Notes: generated by a model from the sequence alone, not told the origin. A stretch of 64,000 bases of DNA from Amoebidium appalachense (GCA_963693365.1 CAVNZM010000010.1:6759794-6823793), one strand, 5' to 3'; shown: positions 42,644 to 52,517, counted from the first letter of the stretch. Program-made: numbers and translations.

Positions 42644-44500
42644 TTATATCCTTACACATTTTGTCCCCCCCTGTGCCATCATAATTGCTTCCTTCTGATA
42701 GCCGGCACCACCGAGTGCAGAAAGGGAGGGCAGGCCGGCTTGACTGAGTGCAGAAATTTGTGCACATTTCAAGCGGTCTGGATCGAAAATGTGTGTGAAT
42801 TCGAGTGCATCACCCCAATCAACAAACACTTCGGCCGGTTTCGAGCTAAGCTCGGATAAATCTGCTGTGAGAACCTCTTGTAATTCCTTTTTCACATCCC
42901 ACCTTTCCAGTGGTATGTTTTCGTTCTCATGCAGAATATATCCTATACGGCTTAACCCATCAGCATCGTGCATGGTAGGGCCAGGACGGTAGTATAGATC
43001 GAAATCATACTCCTGCATTTCCAAAGCCCACCGTTGCATCCGTTCGTTTGCTATCCGTTTGACACCTTTAAGAGAAAGACAGGGCTTATGGTCACTTTCC
43101 ACAATAGTATTCACTCGACCATACACGTACACCCTAAACTCTTTCAGTGCCCAATAGATTGCATGCGTTTCTCGTTCGATGTTGCTCCACCTACGTTCGG
43201 TAGGTTGAAACATCCGGGAGGCATATGCCACCGTGCGGAACTTGCCATCTTTTTGTTTTTGATACAGGCAAGCCCCTTCCGAGAACCGACTAGCATCACA
43301 ACGAATAAGAAACTGACCCCCCGTGGGGGAAAGATCGGGCAGGGCAAGCACTTCCTCCGATAACGCCGATTTTAAATCTTTAAACGAGCGATCTAATTCG
43401 TCCGTCCATTTTAACCGTCGGTGTTTTTCTCCGTAACACTCGGCATTCATGGGTCGGGCTCGCTCTGCATAATTTAAAATGTGGCGGCGGAGATAGGAAG
43501 TAATACCCAGAAAACCCCGGAGTTGGTGTAGTGTGTTTGGTACCGGCCAATCTTTTACTGCCTGAACCTTTTTCGGGTCGGGCCGAATGCCATTCACACC
43601 TACAATCCAACCCAAAAACGGTATTTCCGTTAGCCCAATGTATGTCTTTGCCCCATCGAGCTTAACACCATATTCACCAAGACGGGTGAAAAGTCGGTCA
43701 AGCTTCTGTATTAATTCTTGTTCGGTGTGTGCACCCACAGCTAAATCATCGGCATATATCACCACGTCATCGGCCAGAGGGGCCAAAATCTGTGTCATGA
43801 TAGATGCTAGCTGGGACGGGGAAGTACTGAGCCCCTGTGGTGCCACACAATAACGATACTGCACACCAGCCACAGAAAATCCTGTTTTTTCACGTGACTC
43901 AGCGTCTAGCAGTATTTGGTAAAAGGCACCCGACATATCAGCTTTACAGAAATACTTATACCCAGCCAACTTCTCTATTTGTTGTTGCAAGTTGGGCATG
44001 GGCCAGGCAGATTTTCGAATTTGCTTGTTAAGAGCACGAAAATCAGTCAGCAGACGGTATTTTCCGTTTGGTTTTCGTATTACGAAGGTGGGTGAATTAT
44101 ACTGACTGTGTGCTTGTTCCATCTGCCCTCTACGACACATATCCTCCACGATCTCCTTTGCAGCCTGCTCTTTCACTTGTTCCAACCTCCACTGTTTTAA
44201 TCGAATCGGTGGGTTATCTCCCGTGTCTATGTGCATGGTGAATCCTTTAATCTGAGGAAATTCGTCGGGGTCCGTAGTGATGAAGCAACGAGAGTGTGCT
44301 TCTAATAGTTTCTTGACATCCGGAAGCATACTCTGAGGCACCCTATTCCAATCAAAACCGTGGAGAGCCTGGCCGGCATCGTGTGCACCCCCACCCGAAA
44401 TTTCCGAAATTTTTCGCGGGGGGGGGGGGGGGGGTTTCATGATCAACGGCACACATTGATTGGTCGATCGGTGAGTGTATCGGACCGCCTCGTGTCCCAC
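42644..44500 (-). CDS. pol: Reverse transcriptase + RNase H
   Basis: YNSP...KYRLLTDFRALNK, DMSGAFYQ, PQGL, YADD, FLG; RNase H CDAS, YASR, YVYG, SDHK, RWAL, HDADGLSR. Confidence 0.96.
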   Translation of the reverse strand: MGHEAVRYTHRSTNQCVPLIMKPPPPPPRKISEISGGGAHDAGQALHGFDWNRVPQSMLPDVKKLLEAHSRCFITTDPDEFPQIKGFTMHIDTGDNPPIRLKQWRLEQVKEQAAKEIVEDMCRRGQMEQAHSQYNSPTFVIRKPNGKYRLLTDFRALNKQIRKSAWPMPNLQQQIEKLAGYKYFCKADMSGAFYQILLDAESREKTGFSVAGVQYRYCVAPQGLSTSPSQLASIMTQILAPLADDVVIYADDLAVGAHTEQELIQKLDRLFTRLGEYGVKLDGAKTYIGLTEIPFLGWIVGVNGIRPDPKKVQAVKDWPVPNTLHQLRGFLGITSYLRRHILNYAERARPMNAECYGEKHRRLKWTDELDRSFKDLKSALSEEVLALPDLSPTGGQFLIRCDASRFSEGACLYQKQKDGKFRTVAYASRMFQPTERRWSNIERETHAIYWALKEFRVYVYGRVNTIVESDHKPCLSLKGVKRIANERMQRWALEMQEYDFDLYYRPGPTMHDADGLSRIGYILHENENIPLERWDVKKELQEVLTADLSELSSKPAEVFVDWGDALEFTHIFDPDRLKCAQISALSQAGLPSLSALGGAGYQKEAIMMAQGGTKCVRI

Positions 44501-45365
44501 TCACATGCCCTTCGTGCCCACACATGTTATCGGTAGGCACCCGGCCCGGTGGCACGGCCGGAGGTGAATTGGGTAGGCAACCTTCTCCACCCCCCGTTGC
44601 CCACCTGATGCACTGCGCTATTGCACCAACGACGGTTTGTGTACGACTGGGGTGGGGTTCGGCTTGCAAAACACTCAGTTCGTGTATGTACTCATGTCGG
44701 CTCGTAGCAACGAAATGACCGATGGTACCGAACACGCTCAAATCCGGACCCACACCATTTTCGCACACAACAGCAATAGATTTATCCACACTAATTTCAC
44801 AGATGGTGGGGGGGAACTTATCTCGAAATTCACGAGTAGGCTCGAAGATACCGAGGGTGCCAGCAGCAGCAGCAGCAGCAGTCACCTGCACCGTTGCACG
44901 TAATACACATCCAAAGCCAGATTTGACGGTGGTGTCGTGCTTGACGGTAACAGGACACATTGTGTAGGGGGTGTGCAAAGATGACGTCGGCACCACCATC
45001 CCCGACACCAGTGTTAGTGAGTGTGCTTGATGATTAGTGGTGGCAATGTGTTTGTTGGCAAAATCGTTCCCAATAATCATGTCATGCTTAATATTTTTAA
45101 TTACTAAGCAAGGCCACATGAATGTTTGAGAACCGAGGCATAACGGGAGCATCACTTCACCACTCACAGCTAGAGCTTTATCGTTTTTCCTTACAGAAGT
45201 AACAATCACATCCGAGGGTTGCAAAGCAAACTCCTGCATGTGTCGGGAAAAAACAGCCTCACTAACCACCGTGAATGATGCCCCAGTGTCAAACAATGCA
45301 AAGTATTTTTCATTACTCAACGTAACATTAACATAGATACGTCTTCCTGCATTGCATATGGCACT
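44352..45365 (-). CDS. pro: Retropepsin-type aspartic protease and linker
   Basis: ALFDTGASFTVVS and MIIGNDF motifs. The frame is open from the TGA at 45366. Confidence 0.92.
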   Translation of the reverse strand, partial: SAICNAGRRIYVNVTLSNEKYFALFDTGASFTVVSEAVFSRHMQEFALQPSDVIVTSVRKNDKALAVSGEVMLPLCLGSQTFMWPCLVIKNIKHDMIIGNDFANKHIATTNHQAHSLTLVSGMVVPTSSLHTPYTMCPVTVKHDTTVKSGFGCVLRATVQVTAAAAAAGTLGIFEPTREFRDKFPPTICEISVDKSIAVVCENGVGPDLSVFGTIGHFVATSRHEYIHELSVLQAEPHPSRTQTVVGAIAQCIRWATGGGEGCLPNSPPAVPPGRVPTDNMCGHEGHVSGTRGGPIHSPIDQSMCAVDHETPPPPPAKNFGNFGWGCTRCRPGSPRF

Positions 45366-45610
45366 TCAAGTTATATCGAACACTTTTCTTATTCTATCGA
45401 GTGTTCGAAATTTCTTTGTGGGGGGGGATAGGTGTGGGGGGGTGGGGGGTCGGGGGTCGGGGGAAGGGGGCTCGGAGGGGGGAATATCGGAAGAAGCCGG
45501 GGCAGAAGCACATGGTATAGGCACATTTTTAATTACTTTTTCGTGACCCACTGGGTTGTGACACAATGTGCAATACATGCCGTATCTGTGCATCCAGCAC
45601 CGGCAATTAC

Positions 45611-46781
45611 CTATTTATCACTTTGCTTGCCCTTGTTCTTCTTGGCAGCTCGGGTGGGGCAATCTTTAAAACGATGCCCCGGCTGCTTGCAAGCCCAACA
45701 ATTGGGCCCCCTCTTATCTTTCTTATTATCCTTAGCCCATTTGCCCCCCCCATTAGATTTACCCTTACCACCAACATTACCCCCACTACCTCCGTGGCCA
45801 CCCCCGTGACCACCACCACCACCACCATGCCCCCCACTACCACCACCCATCTCATCTACAGCACCCACATTACGGTTACATTTTAAATTGTGAGCACCCA
45901 CATCAGCCTCATACCGTCGGATGACATGGGCCATGGCTTGCTTGAGGGTGTGCAGCCCGGGCCTCCGAACAAAGGTCCGGGTAGTCGTTGAGGGTACGTT
46001 GGTAATGATGAAGCACAACCTCGGGCATGTTCTTGAGACCCGTGTTGGAGACGATGCAATTAAATTTCTTGTGGAATGTCTTTATCGAGGCCCGAGTGTG
46101 CATAAAACGAAGCTTGTTCAGCTCGTTAAAATGCTCCTCTTTACGTTCCTTGTCTAAATACTTCTCAAGGAACTTAGCCCAAAAATCGTCGATGCCGGTG
46201 CACGTGGAAAGGTCGACGTTGTCGGCAGCATCTCGGGGGTCCCCGGGGCCCATACACATACGAATAAACATCAACGTGCGATTTAAGCCCACCAACTCCA
46301 TAATACAAAAGAAAATTAAATGATGTTGGAGTTGTTTGTAGAATTCGTCGATATCGGCATCTGCCTCGAGCATAGGACGGGACTGAATTGCTGCTGAGGG
46401 GATGTGTTGAATCTTTTCCTTCCCCTCCCGGTCGTCACCGTTGCCGTCGTTACCGTCACCGTCATCACCACCGTCACCGCCGTCGCCACCACCATCACCA
46501 CCACCACCACCGGCACCACCTGCACCGTTAGCACCTCCGGCACCATTAGCACCACCGGCACCACCGTCAGCACCACCGTCCGGGGGGAGGTGGGGGGCCA
46601 CCGCCACCTGCATTACCATCCCCATTTTCGTTGGCAGCAGGAGGGGGGTTGTTATGCCCCCCCCGGCCACCACCACGTCCACCCCTACCACCTCGGCCAG
46701 AGTTCTTACGGGGGCCCCGTCCGGCACGAACCCACGAGGGGAGCATGCTTGGATGAAATTTTCGAGGGCCCCGGTTACCAT
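45611..46781 (-). CDS. gag: Gag (two overlapping frames, 46781-45909 and 46018-45611)
   Basis: Helical capsid-like segment (FWAKFLEKY...LNKLRF...SIKTFHKKF) and zinc knuckle CWACKQPGHRFKDC. One frameshift near 45950. Confidence 0.85.
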
Positions 46782-46793
46782 AATAAGTAACCA

Positions 46794-47540
46794 CTAGGTC
46801 GAGCCACCACGACTAAGAGTCACTAACTGATTGATAAATTCATGTGACTTAGTGATGGGGGAAGACTGCCCTGAAAGGCACGCGTAGTTTTGCCTGGAAG
46901 TGAATACATTCGCGAGGGCGAGTAGTTGTTGGTGGAGCATGGTGAGTGCCGACGACGAACGGTACAGTGCCGTGCGCGCTGTACAGCTGGCAAACTTCGA
47001 TACCAAAAATGCCAGCAGCACGAACAGAAGGAGACACCCAAGAACGCACCAGCACCAAGCTGCCAGGCTCACGCCCGTCTTGTTGTGCAAATTTGCATAC
47101 TCCGTTAGGGCGCGTACCAGGGCGTCTGGTGCCTCTGCTTGCGTTTGCGTTGACCTCGACTTCCAGCCCGTGGAGAAGGTCGACTGATGAATGTCGATTA
47201 TCTTCAGGTGGCAGGTCTTCGGGGTCAAATGATTGGCCGTAGTCGGTTTCCCCTGAATGAAAAGAGAAGCAGTATTGATTGTCGTGTTGCAAGTCGTGTG
47301 AACGGAAGTAGACACGGTCGAGCAACGGAATGTCTGCTCCAGGAGGGTGCCACGGTGAAGCGCCGGGGGGGGAAAGGGGAACATTATAGCCGAATTCTTC
47401 AAGGAAAATGAGGTCGGCGTTTCTAGCTTCCCCCCCATGCAGGCCACTAGGGCCGGCATTGTTGTCACCAAGGTCACGGTGGTTAGACATGTTAGAACCC
47501 AAACAACTAAAAACATAGTACTTGCTTGATACGAGCACAC
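46794..47540 (-). CDS. Additional ORF upstream of gag with hydrophobic segments, function unknown
   Basis: 248-codon open frame with hydrophobic MFLVVWVLTCLTTVTLV and AAWCWCVLGCLLLFVLLAFLV. It is overlapped by a second 254-codon frame (46849-47613). Confidence 0.5.
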   Translation of the reverse strand: MCSYQASTMFLVVWVLTCLTTVTLVTTMPALVACMGGKLETPTSFSLKNSAIMFPFPPPALHRGTLLEQTFRCSTVSTSVHTTCNTTINTASLFIQGKPTTANHLTPKTCHLKIIDIHQSTFSTGWKSRSTQTQAEAPDALVRALTEYANLHNKTGVSLAAWCWCVLGCLLLFVLLAFLVSKFASCTARTALYRSSSALTMLHQQLLALANVFTSRQNYACLSGQSSPITKSHEFINQLVTLSRGGST

Positions 47541-47565
47541 TTGCAGCGCAAGAACTAGCGCTGCA

Positions 47566-47581
47566 GGGGGTGTAGCTCAGC
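47566..47581 (-). promoter_or_regulatory. Non-canonical primer-binding site abutting the 5' LTR
   Basis: The element strand reads LTR-CA|GCTGAGCTACACCCCC, the complement of GGGGGTGTAGCTCAGC. There is no TGG. Confidence 0.7.
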
Positions 47582-48191
47582 TGTTGTATAATAAGATCGT
47601 GTGTCTGTGACAAACAATATGTTTATAAATGAACGGGGTTGACTAGACCACGCTTTGCTTAGTTACGTGCTAGTCCTACTTACACCTAGTAAGCCGAGCA
47701 CACTGAGTGAGCTCTGAAGCCCCCGACATGCCCTTATATCGGAGCTCGCACAGCGGCTCAGACATGCGCATCGGTATGTGCTTTTTGGCTACGAGAGCCA
47801 ATCACATACGGTTCACGGTTCTGTCCCATGGCTATCACGGTTCCAATAAACCTAGTGAGCCAATCGGGTGACAGTACTTGATTATCGATGCATTCCACAG
47901 TCATACCTCACGGCTACTTGCATATTTTCCCATGATAAAACTATAACTTAACGCTCATGGTTCCTCTACTACGTGTCGGTCCCATGTGGCTATTATATCT
48001 GTTTTCCCATGAATAATCCTGCAAGTTGCACGTGCACATATGTTTAACTCCATGCTCATGCGCACAAGACTGGGGGGGACATGCATACTGGCCTACCTAA
48101 GATCAAACACAGTGGTATATATACATGTACACGTGTGCGTATATCTCAACCTGTGTACATCCATACTAGATATCCGGTATAATATACCACA
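47582..48191 (-). repeat. 5' LTR with TATA-like TATAAG (47738-47733) and Inr-like TCAGT (~47704)
   Basis: Direct repeat of 40451-41060. AGCCAATC boxes lie upstream of the TATA-like motif. Confidence 0.95.
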
Positions 48192-51100
48192 CCTAAGCCC
48201 ATTCTAACACTGAGATGAGGAGATTGGCCTTGCTAGTGGGCTGGTGTTCCTGGCTGGGAGGGGGTTGGGGGTTTCTCGTGCTGAAGTTCTCAGGTCTGCA
48301 CGGGACATTGCTGAGCGTAACGGCAAAAAATTCAATACAGCAGACGGGCTTCCGGGTGAGGGGTGGTTCAATTTGTTCGAACGCCGTGCCAAACAGCACG
48401 GTTATAATTACAACCTCAATTTCCGCAAACCAAACGAACTTTCGAAAGCGCGCGTTTCCGCTCTCACGGAGGAGAAGATGAATTCGTGGTTTGATATGGT
48501 GGAGGAACTGGTGGAAGAAAAGCAAATAAACGTGGAGAAGAATCTGTTCAATGACGACGAGAAACAACTGCGCATAACCAACGTGCGTGCGGGTCAGAAA
48601 CTTCTCACGGTCACAGACATGAAAAACATACAAAGTCGGCTATGGGTTTGCGGAGCAAGACTGGCACCTATCCATCATTCCTACTACTGTTGCGTCCGGT
48701 GACGCCCTCCCACCCACCATTGTAGTGCCCTCGAGTCTCATGTCAGAGGAAATGGAAACGGCCGTTAAGTATATCCACCCAGACGCGTTGCTAGCCTACT
48801 CTGATGACGGTTGGAGCACCAGCACAATATATCTCGAGCACACCCGGCGACACCCGAATTGGAGGCAGAAGTCTTTGCCCTCAAAACAGCAAGACAGCGG
48901 CTCGGTACAGTGCACAACATTCGTCCCGAGCAGGCAGGCCCCCTCCCCCACCCAACCCCCCGCGCAAACAGCCGACCCCACCAGCACGCCCCAGCAAACA
49001 CCACCACACGGTCGAGCACCACTCGCAGAACGCAACCCAAACAGCAACGCCACGATAGTGCGAAAACGGAAAAAGCAACAGGGGTGCATGATCAGAACAA
49101 GCGAGCAGCACTTGGACGGCAGAAGGGAGAAGGAACGTGTTGTGGCGGAGGAGAAGCAGAAGGAGGAGGAACGGGCAAAGGCAGCGGAGGGAAGAAAGAA
49201 GCAAAAGGCCTTAGTGGCACTGGTTATCGGTCCCTGCCAAGCAAACAAGCAGTCGGGGGGAACTTTGTGGCATCAAAGCCATGCCAAGCCACGAACACGG
49301 AGGGGTGCGACTGCACAGGTAAACAATACCGTGATATTTGCTGCGCCGATATCAACGCCTATAACACATGACGTGCTGGGCATATTGATATTGTTGCGTC
49401 TGTAGCAACGTCGAGGGCTAACCGTAGTATTGACGGGTGCAATTGTTGCACCTATTACTTTTGGAGGTATAGACGTAGATCCCGACGGTGACAACTACAC
49501 ACACTGTGAAACTGGTTGTGCTATCGGCTCCGGCGATAGCTGTGGTCCCCCCCCCCCCCCCCCCCCCCCCCAAAAAAATCACCTTCCCACCCACCCCGCC
49601 TCCTTTCCCAGCAAGCAGGCACCTGTGATTTTTGAATACACGTGATATCACACTTTATTTACGTGCTACTGCACGTTCAATCATAACACGTTCACTCATT
49701 TGAGGTGGTAACCGTGTCACCTGGTTGCACCCATACAGTATCACATTTTGTTGCATGCTAGGGGTTGGGCGCTGCTTTCCATTTCTGGTAGGTGGGCTAC
49801 GTGTCAATATAGGCATTTATCTATAGGCCGAAATTGGTTGTATGCATACAAGGCTTGCTGGGCAGCTGTGACCTCCGTTTGTAATCTGGTCTGCACCAAA
49901 CAAGAATACTACGTGTAGAAGCTACAAAGTCCAGAGCGATCAGAAAGAGACAAGCCTAGCTTCTCCAGGGGAATCGGTTCTCAAAACTCCTGACTAGTTC
50001 GTGCACTTAGTCTTGTTAGCAATCGGCAACAAGTTGCCCCTCCTGCTCACCGTTAAACACTTTTGCAGTGGGGAAGACTTTTGACAGCTTTATCAAGCGC
50101 TTGGAAGTGCGACTTGAGCGCACGCGCCGCGCTGTGCTGCAGGTGTACGATGGGTGGGAAAAAGTGAGCTTTGGCCCTTGAACAGCGAACACGTTAAAGG
50201 ACAGGGATAGAAGGACGAGAGGTGGCTATAGTTAGTTGGCAAACTGTTCAGTAACCACGTGTAGCCCTAGCACGTAGCTCTTTGAAAGGCTAATGCACAC
50301 CAGTTAAGGAGCGTGGTGATGTCAGCCCGAACTACTTACGTTTGCATCTTTTTCTTCCTGTGAAGGTGCACGTTTGCCTTTTGCAGGAGCACCAACCAAT
50401 AACAAAAGGTTACGTAGAAGTCTACTGCGTAAAAGTAGCGTCGAACCAGCAAGTAATGATTACTATGAGTTAAACAAAAGCACATATTATTCACGTCAAT
50501 GCAATAACAACAGTAGCTGGCTACAACATCCGCCAAAGCTATCGCCACGCAAACAACGACAAACAAAATTCAAGGCCCTCTTACCTTGAGCTGCACCGTG
50601 GCACTCCACCAGCTTCTCAAGTTCTGCTACCGGTCATTCTTAAGGCTAACCGTGGTTAAATGGCACAGCGTTACGTGTACTCAACAGCGCTACGTGTACT
50701 CAACAACTGCCGCGGAAGGGTACTTGTCGGTTAACAACAAAAACTTGCACCACATCTTCAGTGCTAGACAAAAATGACTGTCAGTCTCCACCAACTGAGG
50801 CAAGATTTTTTGTCGACATGACTCTTGGGATAAACATGGAATGCGTAGAGCTCTTGGCGATTGGCTAGAAAAAAAGATCGGTCCGAAGCAATAAATGAGA
50901 AGTTTTAATGTACGCATATGGACCACAATTTTGGTTTTATTTTATACATTTATTACATATAAAACCACATATATTATAATTAATGCTATATGTGCTACTT
51001 AACAAGTTTTAGTAAATTCGTTTATGATGGAAACAGGGCCTGTAACAGTCCTATGAATTGGAATTTACTTCGTTCCATTTTGTGTCCGATAATTGGCCAA

Positions 51101-51485
51101 TGGGGGTTCCGGCGGTTTTTTCGACTTCGTAAATTTTGTAAGTTGGCTGCGGTTATGCCCACGTAGGTTTGCAGTGAATGGCTGTGGGGCAGGAGAGCGA
51201 ATTAATTATTGGAGTGGGCCAGGCCCGCGAGGGGGCCACGGACAGGGGAGGGGGGGGGGGGGGTTCACGGAATTGAGGGGGGAAGGGGTGTGTGGCCGGG
51301 CGGGGCGGGGGGAGGGGGAGGGGGGGGAGGTCATGGTGGCATATCTATATAGGCGTAGTCTGTATCATGCCAGGGGTACAGCAGACGGAGGCATGGACAC
51401 GACAAGTACACTATCAGTGACATATACACTGCTACCGACACTGCCAGTAACAGTACTGATGCATGTGGCGGTGAAACGGGTGGGG

Positions 51486-52055
51486 TCAAACACACCCCGT
51501 ATTGATATCGGCGTTGATATCGGCGGTACCAATTTCACGGGATTGTTTACCTGTGCTGTGCAAGCGGCACCTAAAGACACGGAACAAGGGGTTGGAGAAC
51601 ACAAGCGTCGCAGCGAAACCGAACAACACCACCAATGATGCGGAGCAGGATGTTAGCGAAAGCGAGTACGCACAGGAGGGCGAGGGGAACAGAGCGCAAA
51701 GGAGGAGTGGGAGGAGAGATACAGGGGGAGGAGCATGTGGGAAGATGTAGGGGAAGAAGGTGAAGGAAGTGGGAGTGACACGGAGGATGATGTGATGCCC
51801 ACGAGCGACTATGGGGCTGCCGTCTGATTGTTTAAAAATAAAGAGTTCCTTTTGACGCAGAACAGCTTCATATTCCGCAGTTGTGACGTTTGCGTAGTAT
51901 ATGTGTGCTGTATCCTCCCAGATGGTAAGCAGGACTTCCAAGTGAGGATAGTGCTTGATTTTCAGTAACTAGTACTGCGCATCATCCTTGTACTCTATGT
52001 CAACCATGTCGCTTGTGTCAAGCCGGGGCACAAGAATAATGTCGGCAAATGCCAT
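51486..52055 (-). pseudogene. Second, convergent reading frame inside the DNA transposon, unknown product
   Basis: ATG at 52055 in AAAATGG context. MAFADIILVPRLD...DAQY*LLKIKHYPHLEVLLTIWED...: two track ORFs in the same frame separated by one TAG. Confidence 0.4.
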
Positions 52056-52461
52056 TTTACTTGTCCTTGTGTATGTTTGGCCTCGAAGCCTCGGAGTTTT
52101 AGTGACCGTAAAAAGAGCTAGGAGAAAGTGGGAGAATAGATAGTGTGGGCACTCGACGGGACCTCTTGTTTTGTTTTGCGGCGACATGTGATAGATCGAT
52201 CATCCGACAGTCAAGAGCCTATCATGATCTACAGGGTTCTCTAATTGATTTGAAGGTATGGTCGACAAATCAACTGCCTGAACTAAACTGCTGTTGCTTT
52301 GTTGTTTTAAGTACCAGGTCCTAGTAGAGGACTTAAAATTGTATTATAAAGGTTTTTTCCGCTTTTAAAAATAATCATCCCTTCACAAGATATACGAGTT
52401 TCTGGGAAAAGTTCTCACGATTTGCAGGTTTACCCCTACATCTAATAAACAGGTCGTAGTT

Positions 52462-52517
52462 ACGCGTGTTTAGTATAAAATCAAGGATGTTGTAATTTTT
52501 TTATACTAAACACGCGT
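52462..52517. repeat. Perfect 19-bp inverted repeat with 18-nt spacer
   Basis: ACGCGTGTTTAGTATAAAA (52462-52480) and TTTTATACTAAACACGCGT (52499-52517). Confidence 0.9.

Larger units (their letters stand above)
40451..48191 (-). mobile_element. Ty3/Gypsy LTR retrotransposon with chromodomain integrase (chromovirus-like), full length, recent
   Basis: 610-bp LTRs at 40451-41060 and 47582-48191 (TG...CA; I found one substitution). 5-bp TSD CCTAA. Domain order gag-PR-RT-RH-IN-chromo. PPT-like TTTTTACGGTGGGGCG before the 3' LTR. Confidence 0.97.
40182..49405 (+). pseudogene. pogo-family transposase pseudogene split by the LTR element (40182-40450 joined to 48197-49405)
   Basis: HTH-psq-like VAATTGISVATLYRH and KPGP|KPILT..DEE, CENP-B-type HTH GLPGEGWFNLFERR, then LFNDDE, SGDALPPTIV and SDDGW. 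Two frameshifts. The rest of the DDE core is missing before a K/E-rich tail. Confidence 0.85.
39731..52436 (+). mobile_element. Defective pogo/Tigger/Fot1-like DNA transposon, about 5.0 kb once the nested LTR element is removed
   Basis: TA|GGGGCAAACCTGCAAATCTTGAGA at 39731 and TCTCACGATTTGCAGGTTTACCCC|TA ending at 52436 (22/24 inverted match). A second copy of the binding motif, CCTGTAAATCGTGAGA, lies at ~39757. Encloses a transposase remnant. Confidence 0.82.

Noticed and set aside
44395-44416. Two A-AAU-UUC slippery heptamers as a programmed -1 pro-pol frameshift
   Set aside because: As assembled, pol is in the +1 frame relative to pro. A length error in the adjacent long C run explains the break more simply.
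47566-47640. tRNA gene starting GGGGGTGTAGCTCAGCTG
   Set aside because: Similarity stops at the D-loop; there is no anticodon arm, T-arm or 3' acceptor strand. It is treated as a PBS instead.
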